Source: Malacoraja senta
Lineage: Eukaryota
Length of the DNA: 64,000 nucleotides
Assembly (NCBI GenBank): GCA_038087875.1
Contig: CM075995.1
Coordinates: 2,606,001 to 2,670,000 of the forward strand
Direction of reading: 5' to 3'
Positions 38,252-49,385 of the stretch are shown here, piece by piece. Numbering within the stretch: the stretch's first letter is position 1; each line of letters opens with the position of its first letter. A program made the translations under genes and the position numbers. The notes beneath the pieces are model-generated. The model ran no database searches. It saw only the letters and a list, made by a program, of their open reading frames with translations, and had not been told where the DNA came from.

Positions 38252-38950
38252 ATGGCTTCCTCTTGCCGAAAGCCTGCTCAGCTCGTCTTCGATTCGGACA
38301 TCGCGGAGCGCTGGGCTACTTTCGAACTGGACTACCGCCACTACATGACTATTGCTCATTGGAACGAGCCCGATGAGGTCAAAGCCTCGCTTCTTCTCAA
38401 CCTTGCTGGCCCCGACGCCATGAGAAGAGCCAGGACCTTCAATTATGCCCCAGCTGTCCTGGGTGCCAACAATCAGGTACTGGTACCCATGGAAACTGCG
38501 GAAGACCCGCATGTACTGCTACGCAAGTTCGGGGAGATTTGTGACCTGCCCTCTAATCGTATTTTAGAAAGGGCGCGATTCTTTACTCGCAAGCAGTTGC
38601 CCGGTGAGCCTGTTGAGCGCTTCATCGCTGATTTACGCTACCTAGCCCAGAGGTGCAGGTTCAAAGCTATGACAGACCAGCTAACTAGAGACATTTTGGT
38701 GACAGGGATACTCGATCAGAAACTGAGATCAGAACTCCTCCGCCGACCTGACCTGACCTTAAACGAAGCCATGCATGCCTGTAGATTGGCTGAGGCCATT
38801 GACCCGCCAGACAGTCAGCGTGATTCGGACACTAAATCTATCAACCTGACTGGGTTCAATAGACCGCGACCTCGATCTGATAACGCTCAATTTGTGCCTC
38901 GGCCCAGGCCCCGCATCTGGCGGTGTAACCCCCAAATGCCCGAACTGTAA
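38252..38950 (+). CDS. gag: Gag (capsid region); the zinc knuckles continue in the +1 frame
   Basis: ATG at 38252; ERARFFTRKQLPGEPVERFIADLRYLAQRCRF..RDILVTG. Confidence 0.85.
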   Translation: MASSCRKPAQLVFDSDIAERWATFELDYRHYMTIAHWNEPDEVKASLLLNLAGPDAMRRARTFNYAPAVLGANNQVLVPMETAEDPHVLLRKFGEICDLPSNRILERARFFTRKQLPGEPVERFIADLRYLAQRCRFKAMTDQLTRDILVTGILDQKLRSELLRRPDLTLNEAMHACRLAEAIDPPDSQRDSDTKSINLTGFNRPRPRSDNAQFVPRPRPRIWRCNPQMPEL

Positions 38951-40937
38951 CTACATACATCCCAGGCAGTCGCCATGCCCTGCCTTTGGTAAAACCTGCA
39001 ACTATTGCAAGAAATTGAACCATTTCTCTGCTACTCTGACGTTTTTTGACCTGAAGCGCCCCATCACCGTCACCTGTGATGCCTCGCAATTCGGGCTAGG
39101 CGCAGCCTGCCTACAGTCCTCTGCAGATGGCTCCCTGCTCCCTGTCTCCTATGCCTCCCGTACCATGACCGACACCGAACAACGCTATGCACAGATCGAA
39201 AAGGAGCTGCTCGCCATCGTTTTCGCCTGCTCTAAGTTCAAGGACTTTCTTTTCGGGAATTCTTTCACGGTCGAGACGGACCACCAGCCATTGGTGACCA
39301 TCCTGAATAAGCCGATCCATGCCGCACCTGCCAGGCTGCAACGTATGATGATGCAGCTCCAGCGTTTCGACTTCACCATTGTCTACAAAAAGGGTACTGA
39401 TATGCACGTTGCGGACACTCTCCCTCGCGCCCCTCGCGCTACCTGTGATCGACACCCCTACGAACGGGAAGACCTTCTGGTGCTAGGCGTTGACTTTGTC
39501 CCCACAAAGCAGCTTCAGTGCCTAGCCGAGCATACTGCCGCCGACCCCGCTCTGCAGCTACTTTCTTCAGTGATAAAAAGGGGTTGGCCGAGCAAGCGCG
39601 TCAGTGCGCCCGCAGAGACACAGCCTTTTTTCCTGGTTCGCGACGAGCTGGTCATCCAAGACGGCGTTATTGTTAAGGGCCACAAGGTCGTGGTCCCCTC
39701 CTCCCTGTATGACAAGTACTATAGCGTGGCCCACAGCGGGCACCCGGGCGTTGATGCCACAATCGCCCATGCACAGTGCCAATTCTACTGGCCTGGAATG
39801 GCTAAGTACATTCGGGACCGTGTCTCGTCTTGCTCTACCTGCAACAGCCTTGCGCCCCACCAGCAAAGGCAGCCCCTTTTGCAACAACCCGCGCCTACCC
39901 TGGCCTGGAACTCGGTGGCCGCCGACATTTTCGAGTGGCGTGGTAAACACTACCTCGTCCTTGCTGACTCGTACTCGAACTGGTTCGAGGTTGACCTTCT
40001 GACCACCCTCACGTCCGAGATGGTCATCCGTAAGCTGAGGAAACATTTTTCCACTTTCGGCTCGCCTGTCCGTCTGCAGACCGACAACGGCAGGCAGTTT
40101 ACCAGCCACGAGTTCAAGAACTTTGCCAACAAGTGGAACTTCCTCCACTTCACGAGCAGCCCTGAGTACCCGCAGAGTAACGGGCTTGCTGAGCGGGCTG
40201 TCCGGAGTGCCAAACTACTAATGGAGCAAGCGCGCCTGGCGAATTCCGACTTTTACCTCGACCTCCTGAACCTAAGGAACATTTCCAGGGATGCAACCCT
40301 AGGCTCACCTGCTCAGAGGCTGATGTCCAGAACAACAAGACCACCGATTCCGATTGCTCAACACAAGCTGCTGCCTCGAGTGCTGGAGCCTGCCTCCGTC
40401 CAGACACGCATTCAGGCTAAGCATGACATTCAAAGACGGTCACATGATAGATCGTGCAAGCCTCTCAAGCCTCTGCTGCCTGGACAGGCCGTTCGTCTAC
40501 ATACTGCTAGCGTATATTCCCGTCTGGCCACCGTGGTTGGCATTGCCGATGCGCTTCGTTCGTACCTTGTGGACTTTGAAGGTACTGTCTACTGCAGGAG
40601 TCGTCAGCACCTGCTTGCTGTACAGGAGCCGCTCCTGCCAGCAGCCAGACCTTACGCTCCGCCGCTGCAGTTCCAGCCATCCGCTGCTGATCCCGTTGCT
40701 GGCCCCTGCATGCCTCAGTCCCCTCGCGTGTTGTGTTCACCTCCGCGTGGGTCGCCCATTGCTAACCATTTTTCTAGCCCTCCTGCTCGTTTGTCCCCCA
40801 TGCCGCTTTCTGTTTCCCCTCCGGCGTCGTCGCCTCCGGGTCTGGGTCTTTCTGGTGAGGGGGGGGGGGAAGGGTTGGTCCGTACGCGCTCGGGCCGTGT
40901 CAGCAAGCCGCCTGTTCGGTATGGTGATTTTGTTTAA
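38892..40937 (+). CDS. pol: Zinc knuckle-RNase H-integrase fusion ORF (no protease, no RT)
   Basis: CPNC..H..C and CNYC..H; CDAS, YAQIEKE, TDHQPL; HSGHPG..CSTC; ADIF, TDNG, NGLAER; C-terminal RTRSGRVSKPP. Confidence 0.9.
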   Translation: MCLGPGPASGGVTPKCPNCNYIHPRQSPCPAFGKTCNYCKKLNHFSATLTFFDLKRPITVTCDASQFGLGAACLQSSADGSLLPVSYASRTMTDTEQRYAQIEKELLAIVFACSKFKDFLFGNSFTVETDHQPLVTILNKPIHAAPARLQRMMMQLQRFDFTIVYKKGTDMHVADTLPRAPRATCDRHPYEREDLLVLGVDFVPTKQLQCLAEHTAADPALQLLSSVIKRGWPSKRVSAPAETQPFFLVRDELVIQDGVIVKGHKVVVPSSLYDKYYSVAHSGHPGVDATIAHAQCQFYWPGMAKYIRDRVSSCSTCNSLAPHQQRQPLLQQPAPTLAWNSVAADIFEWRGKHYLVLADSYSNWFEVDLLTTLTSEMVIRKLRKHFSTFGSPVRLQTDNGRQFTSHEFKNFANKWNFLHFTSSPEYPQSNGLAERAVRSAKLLMEQARLANSDFYLDLLNLRNISRDATLGSPAQRLMSRTTRPPIPIAQHKLLPRVLEPASVQTRIQAKHDIQRRSHDRSCKPLKPLLPGQAVRLHTASVYSRLATVVGIADALRSYLVDFEGTVYCRSRQHLLAVQEPLLPAARPYAPPLQFQPSAADPVAGPCMPQSPRVLCSPPRGSPIANHFSSPPARLSPMPLSVSPPASSPPGLGLSGEGGGEGLVRTRSGRVSKPPVRYGDFV

Positions 40938-40973
40938 GTCGTTGCCATAGTTACCCACCATGCTTAATCTTCT

Positions 40974-40984
40974 AAGGGGAAGGA
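40974..40984 (+). promoter_or_regulatory. Polypurine tract
   Basis: AAGGGGAAGGA immediately before the 3' LTR. Confidence 0.85.
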
Positions 40985-41187
40985 TGTAGATGGTTTATGC
41001 ATGCAACCAATCACATAGCTATCTCACCACTACTAACCCCGCCTTAAGTATCATTTATAATAACGCCTGCTTCTCCTTCTGCGCAGTACAGTAGCAGACT
41101 GGAGTCCGTGACTACTCATGTGATGTTTAACTCTGTATACTTATTAAAGACTATAATAATGCTACACGTGTGTAATGACTATTTACA
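40985..41187 (+). repeat. 3' LTR
   Basis: Direct repeat of 37970-38172. Confidence 0.97.
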
Positions 41188-41569
41188 TAAACTACCCAAA
41201 CAAAATATGAGGTGCTGTTCCTCCAATTTGCGGTGGGCCTCACTCTGACAATGGAGGAGGCCCAGGACAGAAAGGTCAGTGTGGGAATGGGAGGGGGCAT
41301 TAAAGTGTTTAGCAACCTGGCTAGGGCTTTCTTTAGTCCTTCATTCCTTGGAGCGCAGGAGGTTGAGAGGTGACCTTACAGAGGTCTATAAGATCATGAG
41401 AGGAATAGATAGGGTAAATGCAGGGTCTTTTACCCAGAGTAAGGCAATCAAGAACCAGAGGACGTAGGTTTAAGGTGAGGGGGGAAAGATTTAAAAGGAA
41501 CCTGAGGGGCAACCTTTTTACACAAATGATGGAAGGTGCCGGAGTAGGTAGTTGAAGCAGGTGTTATAA

Positions 41570-42095
41570 CAATAGACAATAGGTGCAGGAGTAGGCCATT
41601 CGACCCTTCGATCATCCATGATCAATGTGATCATGGCTGATCATCCCCAATCAGTACCCCGTTCCTGCCTTCTCCCCATATCCCCTGACTCAGCTATTTT
41701 TAAGAGCCCCATCTAGCTCTCTCTTGAAAGCATCCAGAGAACCTGTCTCCACTGAGGCAGAGAATTCCACAGACTCACCACTCTCTGTGAGAAAAAGTGT
41801 TTCCTTGTCCCCGTTCTAAATGGCTTACCCCTTATTCTTAAACTGTGGCCCCTGGTTCTGGACTCCCCCAACATCGGGAACATGTTTCCTGCCTCTAGCG
41901 TGTCCAAGCCCTTAACAAATCTTATATGTTTCAATAAGGTCACCTCTCATCCTTCTAAACTCCAGAGTGTACAAGCCCAGCTGCTCCATTCTCTCAGCAT
42001 ATGACAGTCCCGCCATCCCGCGAATTAACCTTGTAAACCTACGCTGCACTCCCTCAATAACAAGAATGTCCTTCCTCAAATTAAGGGACCAAAAC
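41570..42095 (-). mobile_element. Young CR1 3' fragment running into the gap
   Basis: RKDILVIEGVQRRFTRLI..GDLIETYKI; (CAATAGA) tail. Confidence 0.9.
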
Positions 42096-42295
42096 NNNNN
42101 NNNNNNNNNNNNNNNNNNNNNNNNNNNNNNNNNNNNNNNNNNNNNNNNNNNNNNNNNNNNNNNNNNNNNNNNNNNNNNNNNNNNNNNNNNNNNNNNNNNN
42201 NNNNNNNNNNNNNNNNNNNNNNNNNNNNNNNNNNNNNNNNNNNNNNNNNNNNNNNNNNNNNNNNNNNNNNNNNNNNNNNNNNNNNNNNNNNNNNN
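42096..42295. other. Assembly gap (200 N)
   Basis: Run of N. Confidence 1.
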
Positions 42296-43629
42296 GAAGG
42301 AGGAATGTCTGAGAGCTTTCCAAAGTGCTATATAGAAGAGGATTTGTGCCGCTATCTGTTTCACGGTTCTTTAATAACAGTGAAATCCGAATAGGGCAGA
42401 TTACATGGGCAACGCCGAGTCTGAGCAAGGCACGAAATTCTAATAAGCCTGAGCGCCAGTGTCATTAAAACACATCTGCGTGGAAATTGCTTAACCCTCC
42501 CGAAAGGCACGCACCCAGGGCGAGATGTCGAGTTTAACTTGGTCATAGAGTCATAGTCTCTTGGTCATAGAGTCATAGTGCGGAAACAGGCTCTTCGGCC
42601 CAACTTGCCCACACCGGCCAACGATGTCCCGGCTACACTAGTCCCACCTGCCTGCGCTTGGTCCATATCCCTCCAAACCTGTCCTATCCATGTACCTGTC
42701 TAACTGTTTCTTAAACGTTGAAATAGTCCCAGCCTCAACCACTTAATCTGGCAGCTTGTTCCATACACCCACCACCCTTTGTGCGAAAAGGATACCACTC
42801 AGATTCCTATTAAATCTCTTCTCCTTCACCTGCGAAAGATAAGGACTTCCATGGCTGTATGTATCCTGTACGTTCTCGTATTGACTGTTCCGGACCGTTT
42901 ACGGACTGAAGTGCACCAAAGGGATTGGCCCAAAGTGTGTAGGAAGGAACTGCAGATGCTGGTTTACGCCCAAGATAGACACATAATGCTGGAGTAACTC
43001 AATGGGACAAGCAGCATCTCTGGAGAGAAGGAATGGGCGACGTTTCGAATCAGAAGAAGGGTCTCGAACCGAAATGTCACCCAGAGATGCTGCCTGTCCC
43101 ATCGAGTTACTCCAGCATCTTGTGTCTATCTTCTGTTTGGAACAATAGGTCCTCGACATCGGAGAGCGTCACGCCCGTTTTTGATGCGCAAATTGAGCAT
43201 GTTTTAACACGATTATCAGTCTCAAGCGCAAGCGAGGTCCATCGGTGAATTGGACCGGGTGCTTATGGATACATACAGATCGCATCAAGCATGTATGAGG
43301 TGATGGCACCATATGGCCCCCCCCCCCTTCTTCGCCGTGCCTGCTCTAATGTGTAATTAACCAACTCAGTTTATAATTTCTAGTTATACCAGGAACACCG
43401 TCCGCCACCCTCCACCCCTTTGAGAGTTGCCTGGATAGCAGAAACGATAGGGTCCCAGTCTAGACTACAGAGGCGTTAATGCCTACGAGCGCCTGTCTGG
43501 GTTTCAAATGCTTCTGATATTTGTGACCTGATACATTAATCCCTCTGCATTTATATGAAATTTTCAAGTCAAGCACAGTGCTAACGTGCTGGGATCTCTG
43601 CTTTAAAGGTGAAACGATCTCTCGCTCTC

Positions 43630-44110
43630 GTCATACAGCGTGGAAACTGGCCCTTAGGCCCAACATGCCCCCACCGATCAACATGTCCCATCTACACTAG
43701 TCCCACCCACCTTGGACCATATTCCTATAAACCTGTCCTATCCACGTACCTGTCCAAATGTTTCTTAAACCTTGCGATAATACCTGCCTCAACTACCTCT
43801 CTGGCATTTCGTTCCATGGACCTATTTGTGAAGAATTTACCCCTCAGGTTCCTATTAAATCTTTTCCCCTTCACCTTAAACCTATGTCCTCTAGTTCTCG
43901 ATTCTTCTACTCTGGGCAAGAGACTCGGTGCGTTTACCCGATCTATTCCTCTCATGATTTTCCACACCTCTATAAGATCACCGCTCATCCTCCTGCGTTC
44001 GAAGGAATAGAGTCCCAGCCTGCTCACCCTCTCCCAATAACTCAGGCCCTCGAGTCCGGGCAAGATCCCCGTAATCTTCTCAGCGCCCTTTCCAGCTTGG
44101 TGACATTCCA
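43630..44110 (-). mobile_element. HER1-like CR1 3' fragment
   Basis: ORF 43725-44063 LGLYSFERRRMSGDLIEVWKIMRGIDRV. Confidence 0.9.
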
Positions 44111-45057
44111 GTCTGGCGTGTAGTCATTGACAGTATCTGACTCAGTTTGCGATGGTTTTCGTGGGAGGAGAGTGACCACATATTGGAGATGTATCCCTGT
44201 TCCCCGTGCTTTTTGTTTCTCATCTCTGTGCGGCTGTGTTCTGCGGGCCGCGGGGGAACATGCTTGTTCAACACTGAGATCCGGCTTTCCTTTGTTGTGT
44301 GGGAAGTAACTGCAGATGCTGGTTTACACCGAAGGCTTGGACCATTGTGGGCTCCACCTTTCCTGGGACACCGGTGCCGGCTCAGATTTGTTCTGTACTT
44401 TCTCACACCTCTAGTTTCTCCCTCCCCTGTCTCTCAGCCCGAAGAAGGGTCCCGACCCGAAACGTCGCCTATTCCTTTTTCTGCAGAGATGCTGCCTGAC
44501 CCGCTGAGTTACTTCCCCGTAGAGCCTTGGCGTTGACTGCACCGAGCTTCAAGTGCGTCCCTCAGCACGTACTCCTGCATTCTGGAATGGGCCAGAAGGG
44601 AACATCTCGCTCTGCTGGGAGATCAATAAGTGGATAGGTGATGTTCCGGGTTGGGAACTTTTCTTCAAACTGATTGTTGCGGGGGTGGGGAGAGGAGAAG
44701 CAGGGCAAAGGTGGGTGGGGGGGGGGGGGGGGGGGTGGGGGGGAGGTGTTGATCGGCAGATGGCTGGAACAAAGGCTGTAGATCAGAATATAAGGCGTGA
44801 GAGACTGATTGAAGAGTTGCAAATTGTCAAGCCAGCGGAAGGAATGAAGAAGGAGGGGCAATGGGATGAGAGAAATAGGTGCAGGTCCAGGCGAGGGGCA
44901 GAGGGGGAGAGCTAATAGGTTAGTTTATGAACAGTGGGATCTTGGTGCGATCTTCTGTATGTGAGATTTTATGATTCTAAGAGGGAGAAGTGACTAAATA
45001 ACTTATTCGAATACACTTTAATGTCCTGTGGTGTCAGAGTGGTGGTGTTAGATAAGA

Positions 45058-45059
45058 TG

Positions 45060-45090
<31 letters not shown>

Positions 45091-45570
45091 GCCTTTATTG
45101 TCATTGTACTTAGAAATAGCACGAAATTAGGAGAGCTACTGATCAGTGCAACCAAAACAAGTTAAAACAAGATTACAAAAACACAACCAATACATCCAAT
45201 ACGTTATTTAACTGCTTAAAATAGCAGATCCATTATATTTATCACACTTATCTTTATAAATTTTATAAATTATACATTATATTTATATTTCTTTATATTT
45301 ATTTATATTTATATTTATAAATTATGTTTACCTAGGTAGAACATCGCACTGGGAGAATATTACACTTTAAAATTTAATAAATACTTTAAAAGAATTAAAA
45401 AATAAGAAATATTAGCTGAGTGGTCTGTTTTATAGTGGAATGGATGACAGCATCTCTCATGTCGTGTGGATATTTGAGGAATTTAGAGTTCAGATGGCCC
45501 AGGGAAAGAAACTGTTCTTTAGGCTGTTTGTCCGGCTTTTGACGCACCTGTACCGCCTGCCAACACACCT
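45058..45570 (-). mobile_element. Rex/Babar-type LINE 3' end with an (ATT)n tail
   Basis: The minus strand encodes GRRYRCVKSRTNSLKNSFFPWAI; (AAT)n at 45058-45090. Confidence 0.7.
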
Positions 45571-46744
45571 TAAAAAGAAAATGACTAACGGTCACAGAAT
45601 GAAATGGAATTCAAAAAAATGAACACGGAACATATAGAACATAGATTAATACAGCACACAATGTCTGTGCCGAACATGATGCCACATTAGAGTCATAGTG
45701 CCCTACAGCGTGGAGACTGGCCCTTGGCTCAACTCGCCCATATCAACCAACATGTCAATTCTACACTGCCTGCATTTGGCCCATATCACTCTAAACCTGT
45801 CCTATCCATGTATCTGTCCAAATGTCTCTTAAACATTGCGATAGTCCCAGCCTCAACGACCTCTTCCGGCAGCTAGTTCCATACACCCACCACCCTTTAT
45901 GTGAAAGCGTTACCCCTCAGGTTCCTATCTCCCCACCCACCCCTCTTTAAACTTATGTCCTCTGGTTCTCGATTCCCTACTCTGGGGAGGAGCCTCCGTG
46001 TGCTTACCCCATCTATTGCTCTCATGATTTTGTACCCTTACTCTCATGACTTTGTACACCAAAACAAACACATTTGGTCCACATGTTCCATATATTCTAC
46101 ATGAAATAATCACACTTCAGCTCATCAGCATCACCAGCTTGCATGAACTCTTTAGTCGTGTATTGAATTGCACTACTCTTTCCATTGTTTGCCTCACTAC
46201 TCATAGCATGGGTAGTAACCCTGAGATTACAACCCTGGAGGTTTTGATTTGATTTGATATCTTTTTATTTCGAACGATTAAAAAAAGAAGAAAAGAAAAG
46301 ATGAAAATGAATAATAAATAAAGGAAAATTATATATATACATATATATATATACATAAATACATACACACATACATACATATACATGTACATATATAGGT
46401 ACACAAAAATGCTGGAGAAACTCAGCGGGTGCAGCAGCATCTATGGAGCGAAGGAAATAGGCAACGTTTCGGGCATACATATACACATATACACACATAC
46501 ATATATACATAACATATATGTACATACATAAATTAAAAAATCAAAAGCCAATTTCAACATAATACACATTAGACTCGTTCGAAAAGGGATAGGAAGAAGC
46601 CTATGCTTGTCCAGTCCTACCCCCATTCTTCACCATTAACAAATGCAAAATTCAATAAAATAAACTAAACAGACAATTCAAATAAAACTACTCCAATCAA
46701 GCTATTCATTTTATTAACCTACTACCTAACTATAATTTGTAAGG

Positions 46745-47200
46745 AATGATTGGGTTAACAGGTGAAGAGCGTTTCACAGCACTAGGCCTGTACTCGCTGC
46801 AGTTTAGAAGGATGAGGGGCACCTCTTTGAAACTTACCGAATAGCAAAAGGTCTAGATAGTGGATGCGGAGAGGATGTTTCCACCAGTGGGAGTCTAGGA
46901 CCAGTGACAAAAGCATCAGAATAAAAGGATGTACCTTTACAAAGGGAATGAGGGGGAATTTCTTTAGTCAGAGGGTGGTGAATCTGTGAAATTCATTGCC
47001 ACAGACAGCTGTGGAGGCCAAGTCATTTAAGGTGGAGATTTACAGATTCTTGATTAGTACGGGTGTCAGGGGTTATGGGGACAAGGCAGGAGAATGGGGT
47101 TGAGAGGGACAGATAGATCAGCCATGATTGAATGGCGGAGTAGACTTAATGCGCCGAATGGCCTAATTCTACACCTATAACTTAAGCACTTATGAACTTA
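46745..47200 (+). mobile_element. CR1 3' fragment
   Basis: LGLYSLQFRRMRG remnant; CTTATGAA tail. Confidence 0.85.
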
Positions 47201-49357
47201 TCTTTGCAAGAAGACATCCCCCTTCCTACCTAAATCATCGCTAACAATATGGACCCTGGTCTCTGCTTGCTCACCCTCCCCTCTCAGAATATCATGTGCT
47301 CTGTTGGAGATTCCTTGACCCTGGCACCAGGAGTGTAACACATCACCCTGGAGTCTCACTGGCAACCACAGATATACTTGTCCGCATTGCGGACTATAAA
47401 GTCCGGTATCACTATTGCTTGCCTAAATGTAGCCCTCCCTTGGTGTTGCCAGGACCCGAAGGACTGAGCTATAAGGAGTCTGAAGAAGGGTCTCGACCCG
47501 GAAAGTCACCTATTCCTTTTCTTCAGAGATGCTGCCTGAGCCGCTGAGTTACTCCATGTTTTGTGTCTATCATCGAGCTTTCAGGAGAGGTTGAGCAGGC
47601 TCGGGCTTTATTCCTTGGGGCGCAGGAGGATGAGGGGTGATCTTATCGAGGTGTACAGAATCGAGAGAGGTAGAGATCACTGAGTCTTTTGCCCGGCGTC
47701 GGGGAATCCAGAACCAAGGGACCTAGGTTTAAACTGTAGACCAATAACATAACTTGGCACTAAGAAGGGGGGGGGGGGGGGGGTGGGGGGGGGGGGGAAC
47801 GCTCACATGTACTGGATTAAAAAAAATAAAATCTATTTTTTACTCGTAAATTCAGTCGTCAAGTGTTAACACAGGATGAACGCGATCAAGAGAAATGCAA
47901 ATATGTAATCTGGTGCCCATAACCATATCAAGATAATTGGATAATAACGCCATTTTGCTGTCCTTTTTTAAAAGGTGCTGTTCGATCACAATTCAAAATC
48001 CAGATGTTTCTTTGTACAGATGTGCTCCAGCAGAGTGGTGCAAGGAACACGTGGTTCCTATGTTGCTTTACGGCCCGACCTAAAAAATTACCCATTTATT
48101 TCCGAAATCAACCCAAAGCATTTGCTGGCTATAACGCTTCATTCCTGCTTTTGCCTCCACTTGGAAATTTGCTGCACTTTCGTATCGACTTACCTTATGG
48201 GGAGAAGGCGGGAGAATGGCGTGATGGGCCGAGTGGCCTAATTTTGCTCATGGAACTGATGAATTTACTTTTATCTTGCCGTTGGAAGACAGTCAGTTTA
48301 AGGGGGAGAAAAATACACAAAGTGCTGGAGTAACTCAGTGGGCCAGGCAGCATCTCTGGAGGACATGGGATCGGTGACGTTTCGGTTCGGAACCCTTCTT
48401 CAGTCTGAATAGATTCAGATCGGAATAGATTGAAACTTCGGTTCAAAGGTTCAAAGACACCTTCGTGTCTTTTTTTTCCTAAACTAGCATCTACAGTTCC
48501 TTGCATCTCTAGTCATTTTAAAGAGGGTTTTTTTTCTGCAAGGGCGAGGGAAAGTGTAAAGTTTGTTATTTCAAGATTGCACCCACGTCGCATTTTTTGG
48601 CTAAATTGCCCCATAAAGGAAAGGATTAAGCAGACTTTGGAACAATTTTGTCAGCGACAATCCATTATCAACTTCCCTCTTCTTCCCCCAACCCAGTATC
48701 AACTGAGATCACATTTGAAGGAAGCAACTGCAGATGCTGGTTTATACCGAAGATGGACGCAAAAAGCTGGAGTAACTCAGCGGGTCAGACAGCGTCACCG
48801 GAGAAAAGTTAAGACGGGTGATGTTTCGGGTCGGAGCCCTTCTTCAGTCTGAATAGATTCAGATCAGAATAGATTCAAACTTATACCACCGACGTGATTG
48901 ATGATTTGGGCGCAGGTCGGTAAGGTTCCAAGCTTACGATGTAGATGGTAGACACACGATGCTGGAGTAACTCAGCGGGACAGGCAGCATCTCTGGCGAG
49001 AAGGAATGGATGATGTTTCTGGTCGAGACCCTTCTTCTGACTGCGATATAGATAACGGGCTGCGAGTATTTGTACGTGCGTAAGGATTGTAAATTATTAC
49101 TCCATCAAAACACAGACAACGGTATGAATATTGACTTCTCTAACTTCGTAACACCTGCTTTCCCCCTCTCTCCATCCCTCCCCCTTCCCAGTTCTCCGAC
49201 CAGTCTGACTGTCCCCTGATTACATTATATCTCTGTTAGCGTTGTTGTCATCATCTCCTTGCTAACAATGATCTATGCTACATTTGCCTTGATCATCATC
49301 ACTTTTGATCGCTTACACTTCCTTATCTCTGTAACTCCCTCTCCCCTGACTCTCAGT

Positions 49358-49385
49358 CTGAAGAAGGGTTTCGACCCGAAACGTC
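49358..49385 (+). ncRNA. Minimal hammerhead-ribozyme-like motif within PLE repeat 49120-49680
   Basis: CTGAAGAAGGGTTTCGACCCGAAACGTC, located just 3' of the GIY-YIG ORF end (ggtatgaatattgacttctctaacttc). Confidence 0.65.

Larger units (their letters stand above)
37970..41187 (+). mobile_element. Ty3/Gypsy (Mag-like) LTR retrotransposon, internally deleted
   Basis: 203-bp LTRs TGTA..TACA; TSD TAAAC at 37965-37969 and 41188-41192; PBS, PPT, gag, RNase H and integrase present. Confidence 0.97.

Noticed and set aside
38850..38950. Programmed gag-pol frameshift
   Set aside because: The shift is +1 and falls before the zinc knuckles that normally belong to Gag; no slippery site is evident, so an indel is more likely.
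41912..42428. ORFs spanning the N run
   Set aside because: Artefacts of translating through the assembly gap.
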